DNA from: Selaginella moellendorffii
Taxonomy: Eukaryota; Plantae; Lycopodiophyta
DNA length: 64,000 nt
NCBI RefSeq assembly: GCF_000143415.4
Contig: NW_003314288.1
Span: 1,364,056-1,428,055, forward strand
Direction: 5' to 3'
This document shows positions 1 through 13,340 of the stretch, piece by piece; position 1 is the first letter of the stretch, and the number at the start of each line of letters is the position of its first letter. The position numbers and the translations under genes were made by a program. The notes under the pieces were generated by a model, which was not told where the DNA came from, searched no databases, and saw only the letters and a program-made list of their open reading frames with translations.

Positions 1-252
1 GACGTCCAGCGTGGAGAGCGAGCGGCAGAGAATGCACTCAAGCTGGATCCGAGCGAGGACGGCGATCGGATGCTCTTGGCCAACATCTATAAAGCTGTTG
101 GTCGGACGCAGGACATGGTCAGGCTCAAAAACATCGTTCGGATGCTGAGAAGCCGGAAGCTCCAACTAGAACGAGAGCGTTCTCACAAGACAATGGAAAG
201 CTTCCCTTACCAGCGTAAAGGCTCGACTGCGGGATCAACAGCCTCCTCGTGA
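1..252 (+). CDS. 3' end of a PLS-class PPR gene (E domain), truncated by window start
   Basis: Frame from base 1 reads DVQRGERAAENALKLDPSEDGDRMLLANIYKAVGR, typical of PPR E1/E2 motifs. Confidence 0.6.
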   Translation, partial: DVQRGERAAENALKLDPSEDGDRMLLANIYKAVGRTQDMVRLKNIVRMLRSRKLQLERERSHKTMESFPYQRKGSTAGSTASS

Positions 253-1492
253 CTTTACAACAAGTTTTCTGCTCAAAATTCTCCGGGACAACCTCTCCAT
301 GCGCTGCTGCTTTCTCGGTGTACGTGCTGGAGAGAAGCTGATACATCGACTTGTTCTCGGGGTCCAGCTCCATGAGATGCTGCGCAGCCTGCGCAGCACG
401 AGCTCAAGTAGCTCATCCAAGCAACAGGTCCTGGGAAGAATGGCATTTCGTCGGCATGATCCAGCTGCTTTGCTCGGCCCAGGACCTCCACCATGCAGCC
501 GTAGTGATCGAGCTCTGGCCGCAGTCCATACTGGGTGATCATCGACACGAAGTGCTCGTGAGCTCTCCGCAGTTGCATCCTATCAGTAGACCCACGAAAG
601 TGCTCTCGGTAGGCTTGGGTCCCTCGAGGTTGAGCTCCCGGAAGAGCTCCACGGCGGTCTTGTACGAGCCATTCTCGGCATAGCCAGCGATGAGCGTGTT
701 CCAGGAGATGATATCAAACTCGGGCATCGTTGCGAAGAGCTCGCCAGCTGGAGAGATAGCCGGTGTTGCAAACGCAGTGATAATGGTGTTCCACGACGCG
801 AGCTCCAGCTGTGGCATCATCTCGAAAGTCCTGCTGGCCTCCGCCAAGCGCCCTCTTTGGGCAACTGCTGCGAGTAAAGCGTTCCACGACACAACGTTCC
901 GGCAAGACACAGATTCGAAGAAATGTGGCGCGTCCTCTGGGCTGGAGTTCACAGTGAATGCCTGGAGCATCAAATTCCATGAGAAATCGTTCATGACCGG
1001 CATGGTGTCGAAGATAGTGAACGCTTCGCGCAAATGCCAGTGATGGGCATATGCTGTGACCATGGCGTTCCCTACGATTGTGTCGTGGAGCATTCTCTGG
1101 AAGATCGCCTCTGCCTCAGCGATGTGCCCGGAGTGGGAGTAGTCCGCGACGATCGCAGTCCAGGAGATGACGTTCCTTGGCCACATTTGATCAAACAAGA
1201 GCTTGGCCGATTCCAGATCCCCAGACTGGGCATGTGTATGCTGACACAACTGCGTTCCAGGAGAAGGTATTGAGGCCATCAAAAACTGCCCTTGCCTCCT
1301 CCAAGCTCCCACAACAGGCATACATTGTGATGAGGAGATTGCCCAGGAATGTGTTGCTGTTGTGCTAGCTGGGATCCGTGAGTGGCAATCCTGCGCTTGC
1401 ACTAGGCTCCCAATCACTGCACACTGCGAAATTAACGTGACAAAGGCAGAAACATTAAGGGTGGGAAAGTTTAGTGTGAAGCCATTGCCCAA
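125..1492 (-). pseudogene. PLS-E class PPR pseudogene (frameshifted)
   Basis: PPR motifs (RNVISWTAIV, VSWNALLAA, ISWNTLIAGYAENG, PELDHYGCMVEVLGRA, ELDPENKSMYQLLSSTY) are split over three frames: 539-1492, 273-578 and 125-373. Confidence 0.85.
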
Positions 1493-1636
1493 ACATCTGC
1501 ATATTTTCTTTTAAAAATTCCTTCATTATGAATAAACTCTTCATGTTTGGCAAAATGTTCTATTCATCTATTAAAGTTAATTTATATTTTATTATTATTA
1601 TTATTTTATTCCACTATGTTAGAGGACCCACCACAT

Positions 1637-1830
1637 TGTAAGGAACCAACTCCCTATATCATATGCTAAAGAATCTGCAAAATCACAACTGAAACGATAA
1701 AAAATTTATTAAATGAGAGTGAGTTTGAAATTGAGTGCAATACTGACTCTGAGATTAAGGTTGAGTCCGAGATCAAATCCAAGACCAAATCCAAGTATTA
1801 ATATAAATCATGGGGTAAAAGCCTAAAGTG
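1637..1830 (+). repeat. Degenerate fragment of LTR-like family C
   Basis: Starts TGTAAGGAACCAACTCCC as at 33299, followed by decayed GAGTCCGAGATC repeats and a GGTAAAAGCCTAAAG motif. Confidence 0.5.
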
Positions 1831-2052
1831 ATTGTCAGAGGAGATGGTTAAGGGAAGGCGTAAGTGCATGAAGACTGAGATGAAACCTTCTTCGGAGATG
1901 AAGCCTTTGATTTATGGATAAGAAATCCCAACATAAGAAAAACTTTAGTGAGGAGTCTTCTAAATGTGAGTTTAGTGGCAAAGTGTGGTCATCCAAAGCT
2001 TAATTAAATACTGTGACAGGAAAATTTTCAGCTAAAAATGTTATACTCAAAG

Positions 2053-2421
2053 TCGATATATATATAAACAAAACATCCCCTTATAACCTCTACCCTTACC
2101 ACTTTACTATTTTACAACCACTTTTTTTCTATGATCTAATATTTGAAGTCAAAGTAAAAAACAAAACAAACTAAATTCTTTCACAACTATACTCTTCTTT
2201 TTATATCCTGTATTTGTCTTATTACCCATCCACCTTACTCTATCAGAAACTTTATCTTCCACCACCTTTATAAAATGATTTTTTATATAACTCTTACATT
2301 TAAGTATATTCTCCAACCTTGCAAAGATTTTTGCCACCATTTAAAAATATTTTCTTGTGTAATCTATATAATCAAGAATAATTGGAAAGTTTGCCTGCCG
2401 CTGTGGCGAGGCCGACACTAA
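2053..2421 (+). mobile_element. Possible short non-autonomous Helitron
   Basis: TC-GATATATATATAAAC start and an AT-rich body. A GC hairpin GCCTGCCGCTGTGGCGAGGC (2393-2412) is followed by CTAA|T, fitting a CTRR end. The 5' flank is G rather than the expected A. Confidence 0.3.
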
Positions 2422-5400
2422 TATTTTATAATATCAACAATAAAACATAAAATATAATCCAAGGACTATATAAGAAAGAGCCCCTCACAACAAGTGTGAA
2501 GTGATTCTAGCACAAGTTTTCTCTTTAGTTTTGCAATATTCTTTCTTTAAGTCCTACTTAAAAAATATAAAAATTAGGAGTTAAGGGAATCCCTCTCTTC
2601 TCTTTTTCTCTCAAGGCACAAAACATGCAGAGATGGTGTGCTATTAGCCATCAAATTTGGATATGACGACCTTATAATGGCGTAAAAGGAGGTTGAAGAA
2701 TCAATGGGATCTTTGTCAACTCCTTCACCAAAAAATCTACTCTCGATCATATCGTTGCTCTTCAAAATCCTTTCAAAAAAGCATATAGCAAGGATTTCCA
2801 TTGGTGGAAGATGCCTAATGATCATACAAAAAGCACCACAATGGAGTAGAAGACATAGATTATGGAGAAGATCATCTGGAGTTTTGTCATGGAGAAATGA
2901 AGTTTGGCATTCTTTTCCTTCCCTTATTAACACTTTGAAAGGACAATTGGCATAGACTAATGCTCTTCTAGAGACCTTCATACACAAAGTTGAAGCATAA
3001 CAAGAAACAGAAGAAAAAGCAAAAGACTATAGATGCTTGCAACATAAAAAGTGTGAACCCTTTGGCAAGTACTGAGCCAGATAATATCAAGAAAACCAAA
3101 GTAAAGTCAATCCCTTAAGCAATTCCCAAATACAAACCAAAGCCTTCACTATTCTTTAATGGAGTGAATGACTATAAAGTGATGAGGGTGTTGGGGCATC
3201 TCTCAACCCTAATCGTGGATCCAACATGCTTGTAAACTTGTAATTCTAAACTCAAGTGTAAAAGGAAATGGGAAGGAACCCTAATGCAAGGATAAGGGAA
3301 TATTCTAAGGATATAGAATATTTCATGTGCTCTCTCAAGCCAGAATATAAGCCGTGATGTGAGGAGAAGGTGGCGATAAACTAGCACTGAAATAGGCGAC
3401 CACTAGTGGGATGCATAAGACTCCAGTGCACAAGAACCCACAGCTGAGATGCTCCCATGTGCTAGAATGTAGTGTCTAGAGAGGGTAATTGCTGAAACAA
3501 AGAAAAATGGCAAAAAAAAAAGAGAAATCTAAAAGTGGAAGTCAAAAAAGATGGAGGTGAAAATAAAAGATGGGAGAGGAATTTAAAATTTAAAGACACA
3601 GGTAAAACCAATGGGAAATTGTATAGTTGAACTAGAGACTCAAGAAAGTAGGAGAAGAGGAGAAAAAAGGAGGAAAAAAGCAAGAAAACCAAATGGAAAT
3701 AAGATTTAACCTAGCTCCCACACTCTAGAAAATGAATAAGTTAATACAGCCTCAAGCTCATGTAATTTGTGCTCAAAGCTTTCACCAATAATAAAGAAGA
3801 AAGCATAGGGAATGTATTGCTCAGTGGTGGTAACTATGAGATAAGAGATGAATTGTAATGGAAGAGAGTGATGATAGAGGATCACGGTAGATGGATGATA
3901 TGAGTGGGTGTTTCCAAGGATGGGCTCTAATCTGATGTAGTGAAATGTGAAGTTGTAGCTACTGCTTGCACAAAAACTAGTGGACTACCTCTTGAAAGGT
4001 GGCAAACTGCTTCACTTGTGATTTGAGCTGGAAGAAAAGGTGTTGGCTTTGTTGGATACACCTCTAAAATCACATGGATTCCTACTACAGTCAGGATCTC
4101 CTAGTGGAAGAAGAAATCAACTCTAAAGAAAAGAAAGTCACAATATGTGATTGGTCCATCAAATATTTCACATGTTGTGCATGAGAATATCTTAATTTCT
4201 ATTGATTTTTGTCTAGAAGAGCCTTTGTGATGAAGTTTTGTCCCCAAATATATAGTATAAATGGATGATGAATGGTGGAAAATATGAAAGAGATGATTGG
4301 GTATGTGTAGTGAGAGTTGGGCAGTGGTGGTGTGAGTGTGTGGAAGTGAAATTTAGAGCACGGATTATGTAAAGTGGTGATGAGATGTGAGGATGGAACT
4401 GATATAGGGAAAGAAGCTAAAGAAATAGAGCACAAACTAACAAGAGTTGAGAAGTCTTCATACAATTAGTAATGCAGCTGAAGCGTGTTCACCATGGAAA
4501 GAGACTTGCTCCATGTGATTCCCTAACTTGATGAAAGATGGAAGAAGAGTGAAAGCAAAAAGAAAAACAAGGAAAAACAAAGAAAGTAGAAAAATGAGTG
4601 AAGATGGAAAGATCCCACCACTAAAAGAGAGAGTAGTGCAAATGGCTTCTGTGATGAGTGATGATGATGGAAACACTCCAGGAGGATGTAAGACATCCTA
4701 TAGAAGGTCTGGAATGCCATTGAAACTGGTCGAGTTGCTCTCAAGTGCTGGATCACAATGAGATTGCCTGAACATGTCATTATAAAAGAATCTAGGATGC
4801 TAGAACTGCCTGGAAGGATGAGAGCTTCCTTGGGATGGTAGAAATCATCTCCAAGGAGCTGAGGATACTGTCATGTGTCTTTGGTGAAGATCTGGTGGCT
4901 GGATGAAATATCACTAGTGTCGGAAAATGCCTTGAGTGTTGTAGCAGGATGAAGTCATGACCCAACTATGAACCTGAGCCTAGGAAGAGTTAAGATGAGG
5001 TGCTAAGTTGGGAGAATCTCCAGGAAAAGTTGAGATGCTGCTGGAAAATGTCCGCCACCTTTACATTGTAGTCGTATCCCAAGCGAGTAGCAAGGTTGGA
5101 TGGCAACTCTAGAGTGAGAAGCACCACCAAGAGAGTAGCCACTAAATTGGAGAGTCAAAGGTGTACTCAAAAGAAAGTGAAGAAGTTGTGCTCTCCAAAG
5201 TGTTGATGCCTTGTGACCTTGTTTTGTTGACAGCTCAAAGACTATCATGTACTACGTGAAAAGGCTCCACCTCAGTGCTGAGATCATGTAGAGGAATCTG
5301 AGGAAGGTTGTGAAGAAGTCTAGGATCAAAAGTTGTATTTTAAAAAGTTGTGAGCATGTTGCCTAGTAAGCTTCCAAGGTTGTATAGTAATGTACATGCA

Positions 5401-6969
5401 TTTTGGGAAATTCCTGTAAAGGTAGAGTTAGTACACAAGAAGAGACTTGGGGGTGGATATAGGCTCCAGATGTAAGCTCCACACTATAGGAACAAGTCAA
5501 AAACTCCATGGCTGCAGCAGATACCACTCCAAGGCATTTGCTTTAAGCAACTGGAGGTGGCTGCCTATCTAAAAGAAAGTGGTCAAACAGTGGCTTTTTA
5601 GTCCCAGTAGCCACCAACTCAGCAGCTTCATCTGCAGGAATTGCTTTCCAATCCCCCGCAAGTGTATTGCAAACTCCATTGATGTCCAAGCTCAATTGGT
5701 ATGGGTCCCCTGTGACTTCTCAATTGGTGCTGAAGTTGGAAAAGTACTTGGAGAAACACCATTTAGGCAAATTCCTCACTATGCTCTAGTGAAGGAATTG
5801 ATGTGAAATCCCTAGATTTAATGAAGCAAAGGAATTTCTGGATTTGTCAGTGATGGTAGAGGAGTCAAGTGTTGATGTATGTCTAGTCTGTGTTGAAGAA
5901 GTCAATCATATTGCTAGTAATGTGTCATCTTCGATAAGTTCTAGGAAAAGAACCTTGAGAATCTAGTCAACTTCAGTGATGGAAGAAGCATCCACTTGAG
6001 ACAAGTTGGATGGAAGTAGAGAATGACCATGAGCATTGAGAAGAGTTGCTGCATAGATGTTGTTGGTGATTGTTGATTCTCCTTTGGCCCAAGTTGTTGT
6101 GCAAGTAGCAGTGAGATGCTACGAATGTCTCAAGATGATTGTCGCGAATGTGACTTCGGGTATCGAAAGTTACCTGTCAGCCAGTCCTTAGGACACTCTT
6201 TCCTTACTACCACGATGGCAGGAGGTCGATATTGCTAGACCCGTTATCAATTTCCCACTTGAGCTAGTTGAGAAACTGGTCAATGACCATATACTTAGAT
6301 TGGATAAACATAAGGTAGGAACCCTATGTGTTTCTTGCTGAGCATACTCGGCTTGTCCCAGAGACTAACTCCTGGTACTAAGGGAGGCTTGGGGTGAAAG
6401 CCCAAAAGGTGTGTTCCTCAAGGGGGGGGGGGGGGTTCCAAATGTATAGTAGGGATAGTGGGTAGGTTGGGCATGGCTGACCAACCTGAGGCATAGTCTA
6501 GCTCCTGCTTGCGTGTTTGTCCTTGTTCTACGTCCGGCTTAGGTCTAAGCCCAAGTTCCACTCCATGCTAGCTGGTGGAATACCTATATCCTTGCATTAG
6601 GCCACTAGTATGCCGAAATAGCGCTAGACTCCGTTTAGCTCCATTTTGCATGTTGGTCCTGGCATTGGGATGCTAGTTGCTCTAGGACTATTCCAAGTTG
6701 CTCCAGGCTCTTGTCCCTTTACTCCTTGGGCTGTATGCTTGGGAGTTGCTCCATGGACTGGTTCCGTCACTTCTTGGCTCTATGCTCGAGAGTTTGGCAC
6801 CGTTCCTTCGTTCAGTGGCCCAAGGCCCTGAACCTCGGGTTCCGCACTACTGTCCTTTGGACACATGGCATATGACACGTGGCATAAAGAGGGTTTAGGT
6901 TCCGCTTCGTGGTGTTATCCTATGGTAAATCACCATAGGATAAAGGGTCAAAACCATGTGCGTTACATT

Positions 6970-6980
6970 TGGTATCAGAG
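6970..6980 (+). promoter_or_regulatory. Primer-binding site (tRNA-iMet)
   Basis: TGGTATCAGAG immediately after the LTR end. Confidence 0.85.
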
Positions 6981-7736
6981 AAAGAGTCTCAGCAAGTACT
7001 ATTCAATGAGATTGGGCAACTAGTCTCATTGCATACGCAGAAATGAAAACAATGATTTGAGTGGGTACACGTTTTGGTGCAAAGGCTTTGCAATCATTCC
7101 TTGAGTATGGATTTGGTTACCTTGTTGTACCTTATGATGTGAGCTTGCTCTTGGGCTCATAGGATGGATTTGAGGTATACTGTTTTACACGAGTTTGTGC
7201 TTGGGCTCATGAGTGAGGCACATTAGCAATTCGAGGTTACACTTTGGGTTGGCAGGATTAATGTTAGCCTATCGATGGTTCCATGAGTTGTTCCAATGGT
7301 TCCATGAGTTGTTCCATGTACTATGGGTGAATGCAAACCTTCCCTAGGTTTGCTATGAGTAGCAAATAGGCTGGTCCATAGCTGTTTAGCATGGCACTAG
7401 TGATCCTTCCTAGGCATGATTATGAGTGGATCAATCAAGATTGTAGGGATGAGTCTATTGATTCAAGTAATTGTTGCCGTGCTCTCTCATAAACTTTTCT
7501 TGGATTAAACTGAAGGCAGTGTGGAAAGAAGCTTGAGGTTTAGTCAAAGATGAGACCGAAAAGAGAGTCATTGGGGATGAGGGATCAAACACGTAAATCA
7601 TCTTCCCTTCTTGGAGAGATGACTTGCAACGAGGTGTCAACTCATTGCTTGTGTTCACAATATGCAATCAAGAGTCTCTACCTTGATGTATGTTGGAAAT
7701 AGTGGTCTTACAAATGATGAGTTATGGGATGGATAG

Positions 7737-10700
7737 TGTCAGGAATCCCCCAATTCTTGCCACATTCCTGACTCTCGCCGGATTCCTGACCTACAGACCA
7801 CATTCCTGACTCTCGAGACACTTTCTTATTCCTGACTCTCGAGACACTTCCCTATTCCTGACTCTTTAATTTTCTGTACGATTCTTGAGACTCGAGCCAC
7901 ATTCCTGATGATGATGTGGTGCCTCCTCGACCTCAGCTATATTTAGGCCATCCTCGATCCAAGAGTGGTGGAGCTTCATCAACCTATAGTATATATAGGT
8001 TAGCCTTATTCCATTTTTCCACAATCTGAATCAACGCCAGTCTAAGGTTTATTCTTTGTTTCCACTAGTTTTTCTCTTTTGTCTTTTGCATTTTCCAGTC
8101 TTGATCTTGTTGGGGGTCTTGACAGTTTGATTCAGATTGTGTTTTTTCATTTTTTGCTTTAGCTCGTTTTGATTGTTTGACTACCTTTGCCTTTTTTCCC
8201 CCTTTTTTTCTTTCTTTTTTGCTGATGGAGTCTCCAAGCCATCTTGATTTCTTTGCCGAAGTCCTTGCAAAACTCCAGTCTGAGAATACCGAGCTGAAGG
8301 TGACCCTTCTTCGCATGCAATAGGAGCTTGCTTCACTTTCGGCTCAAGGATCCAGCAAAGTTCCTGAACAGAAGGTGAGTTTCCCAGTGAAATTTTCAGG
8401 CAAGTGTTCGGAGCTTTGCGGATTCCTGAACTAGATAGAGCTGATCTTTGCACTTCAACATCAGCAGTACCCCACTCTTGAGTCTCAAATCGGCGTGATT
8501 AGGATGTTGCTCAAAGGTGCAGCTTTGTCATGGTTTTCTCCTCTCTTGGAGAAGAGCATGAAAGGGGTCATGGTTCCAGAGCTAATGGATCTTCAATTGT
8601 TCAAAGAGAAGCTCGAAGCATGTTTTGGTGAGATGAATCGGGTTCGGGCTGCTACCACAAAGATGAGACGTCTCTCTCAAGGGTCTCGTCCTGCCTCGAT
8701 CTACATTGCAGAGTTTTAACTCCTTGCCTTGGACACTTAGTGGGATGAGCAGGCCCTAATTGACCAATTTTGTTTTGGCCTCAACAACGGTGTCAAGGAT
8801 TTGTTGCTCACCATGGAGGATCCCAAGGACCTGTCGGACGCCATCAACAAAGCTGTTCGATGTGACAATTGTCTCTTTGAACGTTGTCAGGAAAGTTGCC
8901 GTACCACCTTTTTACCGTCCCAGACTCAGGAATCCCAGCTTGAGTCTTCGGGGCATACTCCTAAACCTACTGCTCTGGTCTTGATGGATATTTCTGGTAC
9001 TCCCCGACTCATTGGAGGGAAGTTGAGTTCTGCTGAGAAGCAACATCGAATATCTCATAATCTTTGTCTCTACTGTGCTGATCCTAATCACAAAGCAGCT
9101 GTGTGTCCCAAGAAGCCTCCCCGACTGCTCGAGTTCACTTTGCCTCAAAGTCCACCTTTGTTGCAGTCAAGAAACGACCTTGTCCAAACAGAGTAGGAGC
9201 TGTCTGTTTGGACTCCCCGAATAAAAATGACTTTTCTTCTTTATCAAGCTCCTCACCACCTTTTATCAAAGCCACCACTAATTCCCACAACTTCTACATC
9301 CCATGTCTCCTTTCTTTCACCAAACAATCAGGACTCAAGGCTCTGGCATTACTGGACTCGGGTGCAACTTCCTGCTTCATGGACACAGACTTTGCTGCCC
9401 GACATCACGTTCCTCTTTCTCCTACCATACGGGATCTGAGGGTTGAAGGCATCGGCGGGCATTTTGTGTCTCCATCTTCTGGACTTAGGGAAACGTTGCC
9501 CGTTTGAGTACACATCGGGTCCACCGTCACCGATATCGGCTTCAACATCATCAACAACAAGTCTCCTCTGTGGTGCTCGGTCTTCCTTGGTTCCAACTAC
9601 ATCAACCTTAAATCTTTTGGAAGGAATTACAGCTCATCTCTCCCACATCACCATCTCCTATGGCTTCCCCTGCTGTTCATCAAGTCCGAATCAGGAAAAG
9701 TTCCCTAAACTCAAATCAGGGTTCTGTTCTTGACTCTACGAAGTTTTCACCCTCTTCTTTTCCCTCTCTTCCATCTTACACTGGACAGTATCCTCGTCTC
9801 ATTATTCCATTTAGTCGTATGCCTCCTCCTTTCTCCATAATCACTATGAAAGAACTCTTTCATGAAGAACCTATTTTCCTTTTTGCTTTGCATGTTTCTC
9901 CTGTCAATCTTCCTGAGAAGTATCATAATTTTGGGAATGTGTTTGACAAGAAAAAAGCTAGTGTACTGCCTGTTCATCAGCCTTATTACTGTCCCATTGA
10001 TTTACAGGAAGGAGCATCACCTCCATGGGGGCCTATCTACCGGTTATCCCCGTCTGAGCTTAAGGCACTCAAAAAGTACGTGGATGAGAACCTTGCCTCA
10101 GGGTACATTTAGCATTCACAGTCCCCGGCTGGAGCGCTTGTCTTCTTTGTCAAGAAGAAGGATGGGAGTTTGCGGCTAGTCATCGACTACCGAGGTTTGA
10201 ACAAGGTGACTGTTCGGAACCATTATCCGTTGCCCCTGATCTCAGACCTGTTGGAATGCCTCAGCGGTGCCCGCTTCTTCACCAAGATCGACCTCTGTGG
10301 AGCACACAACCTGATCCAGATCCAGCCTGGTGATGAATGGAAGACTGCGTTCCGAACCCGCTATGGCCACTTCGAGTACACTGTCATGCCATTTGGCTTG
10401 ACAAATTCTCCAGCAGTTTTCCAACACATGGCAAATGACATCTTTCGGGAGTTTCTTGATCAGATGGTGATCGTCTACCTCGATGACATCCTCATCTACT
10501 CAAAAACTTAGGAGGAGCATGACAAACATGTACGCAAGGTGCTAGCGAAGCTGCGAGAACACAGCCTATACGTGAAGCTTGAGAAATGTTCCTTTGATCA
10601 ACAGTCTGTGGATTTCCTTGGGTACATTGTCACTCCTGAGGGTATCACGATGGATCTTGCCAAAGTCAAGACTATTCTTGAATGGGAGCCTCCATAATTA

Positions 10701-13340
10701 ATGTCAGACGTTCAGGTTTTCCTTGGCTTCGCCAACTTCTATTGCAAATTCATTGATCACTACTCTGACATTGTCCTTCCTCTCACGCATCCCACTCGCA
10801 AGGATGTTCCCTTCTCTTGGTCTGCTGCTGCCTAGCTCGCTTTCAACACACTCAAGGTGGCCTTCAGTTCTGCTCCCGTCTTGATCCATGCTGATCCCTC
10901 ACAACCTTTCTTCATCGAGGCTGATGCCTCTGACTTTGCCATCGATGCTGTGCTGTCTCATCTCGGAGTGGATCAAGAACTTCATCCAGTCGCATTTCAT
11001 TCTCGGAAATTCCAGCCTGTGGAGATCAATTACAAAATCCACGACAAGGAGCTCCTTGCCATTGTGGATTCCTTTGAAAAGTGGCGTCATTTCTTGGAGG
11101 GGGCGGGCCATCAAACAACAGTCTGGACGGATCACAAAAATCTCAAGTACTTTGCTACTTCCCGAGTTTTGAGCTATCATCAAGCAAGGTGGGCACAATT
11201 CCTGAGTCAGTTTGACTTTGTTATCAAGTACAGACCTGGAAAGCTTCAAGGCCTTCTTGATGCTCTTTCAAGGCGCTCCTATCTCAGTCTCAAGCTTGGT
11301 AATCCTACCTTTGATCAACAGGATCAAGTTATCCTTAGTCCTAATCAGCTTGAAGTTATGGCAATTTCCCTGGCCCCTCATGACTCCTCCTTGATGGATG
11401 CGATCAGAAACGATCTTTAATCCGATGATCTCACCAGCGACATTTTCCCCCATTTTCAGGCTGGACACCCAGTGACTCCCGACTGCTGGCGATTTGATGA
11501 GTTCGAGTTCTTAGATGGCTTATTATACTATGGGGAGCAGCTTTACGTTCCTAAAGGTGATGCTTGAAGGTTGGTCCTGATGGCGTGCCATGATAGCCCA
11601 ACTGCTGGTCACTTCGGCATTGCGAAAACCTATGAGCTGGTTGCACAGGACTTTTGGTGGCCTCACATGGATGACTACATCAAAGCCTTTGTTACCTCTT
11701 GTGACACTTGCTCCTGGAATAAGGTACCTTGCCACCTTCCTTCAAGTTTGCTTCCTTCCCTCTCGGTCCCTTCAAGTCCTTGGGAATCCATCTCTATGGA
11801 TTTCTTGAGTGATCTTCCAAGTTCTGAAGGCTTCAACAGCATTTTAGTTGTGGTGGATCGCTTCACAAAGATGGCACACTTCCTGCCATGTACCAAAGAG
11901 TTTTCGGGCGAGGACATGGCAAAACTGGTATTCAGGGAAATTTTCCGACTTCATGGGATACTTGCGGATGTGGTTTCGGATCGAGGACCTCAATTCATCT
12001 CTCATTTCTAGCAACAGTTTTTGCAGCTGCTTGGAGTGAAGGCCAACCTCTCTTCAGCGTATCATCCTCAAACTGATGGACAATCCGAGTGAACGATTCA
12101 GATGTTGGAACAATTCTTGAGATGCTTCATCAACTATCATCAGGGTAACTGGTTCGATATCCTTCCCCTTGCTGAGTTCTCCTATAACAACTCTGTTCAC
12201 TCCTCTCTTCGAGTTTCCCCCTTCTTTGCAAACTCTAGCCAAAATCCCCAATTCAATCCCTCACTTCCTTCTCCATCCGAATCCTCTCGTTCAAATCCCC
12301 ACTCTGAGGCATTTGTCTCCAACCTCTAGAAAATCCACAACTCCATCTCCTTCCACTTCCATCATGCTCAGGAATCTCACAAAACATTTGCCAATATCCA
12401 TCGTCAGGATTGTCCCCCTTATGATATTGGGGATGAAGTCTGGCTCCTCAGGCGAAATATCTCCACCACCAGGCCCTGTTCAAAACTTGATTTCAAACGC
12501 CTCGGTCCTTTCCCTATCAATGCCATCATTAATCCTGTCACTTATCGCCTTGCACTTCCTTCCTCATATCAAATTCACCCCATTTTTCACTCCTCTCTCC
12601 TTGAGCCTTATATTCCCAGTCCTATTCCACATCGGGTCATTCCTCCACCTCCACCAGTGTAGCTCGCAGATGGGTCTGAGTATGAAGTTCAGGACATCCT
12701 TGATTCCAAGATTTCACGGTCTAAACTCTACTATCTGGTCGATTGGAAGGGTTATGGACTTGAGGAACGCATTTGGGAACCTGCGGACAACCTGATTCAT
12801 TCTCCTGACCTTGTTTAGGACTTCCACCACCGCTATCCTTCTCATCCCAGTCCTCATTCTTTTTCTCCATCTCCCATCCCTCGCCGCTCATCTCATCCTC
12901 CTCTTCATTCTCGTTCATGTCCTCGTTCCACTCGTTCTTGAGGAGGGGGTGCTATTAGGAATCCCCCAATTCTTGCCACATTCCTGACTCTGGCCGGATT
13001 CCTGACCTACAGACCACATTCCTGACTCTTGAGATATTTCCTTATTCCTGACTCTCAAGACACTTCCCTATTCCTGACTCTTTGATTTCCTGTACGATTC
13101 CTGAGTCTTAAGCCACATTCCTGATTATGATGTGGCGCCTCCTCAACCTCAGCTATATTTAGGCCATCCTCGATCCAAGAGTGGTGGAGCTTCATCAACT
13201 TATAGTATATATAGGTTAGCCTTGTTCCATTTCTCCACAATCTGAATCAACGCTAGTCTAAGGCCTTTTCTTTGTTTCCACTAGCTTTTCTCTTTTGTCT
13301 TTTGCATTTTCCAGTCTTGATTTTGTTGGGGGTCTTGACA
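7737..13340 (+). mobile_element. Ty3/gypsy chromovirus (Tcn1/Tf1-like), full length, degenerate
   Basis: 388-bp LTRs at 7737-8124 and 12953-13340. TSD GATAG/AATAG; the empty site in the second family-A copy (~46255) has a single GATAG. PPT GAGGAGGGGG at 12940. Confidence 0.92.
8225..12830 (+). pseudogene. gag-pol pseudogene: Gag (CLYC...H...C), protease (LLDSGAT), RT (YLDD), RNase H, integrase, chromodomain
   Basis: Motifs lie in ORFs 8495-12329. Chromodomain EYEVQDILDSKISRSKLYYLVDWKGYG near 12680-12790. Many stops and frameshifts. Confidence 0.9.

Noticed and set aside
2430-6134. Short ORFs in purine-rich degraded sequence (continuing at 30230-33176)
   Set aside because: Probably old TE debris; no domain or boundary could be supported.
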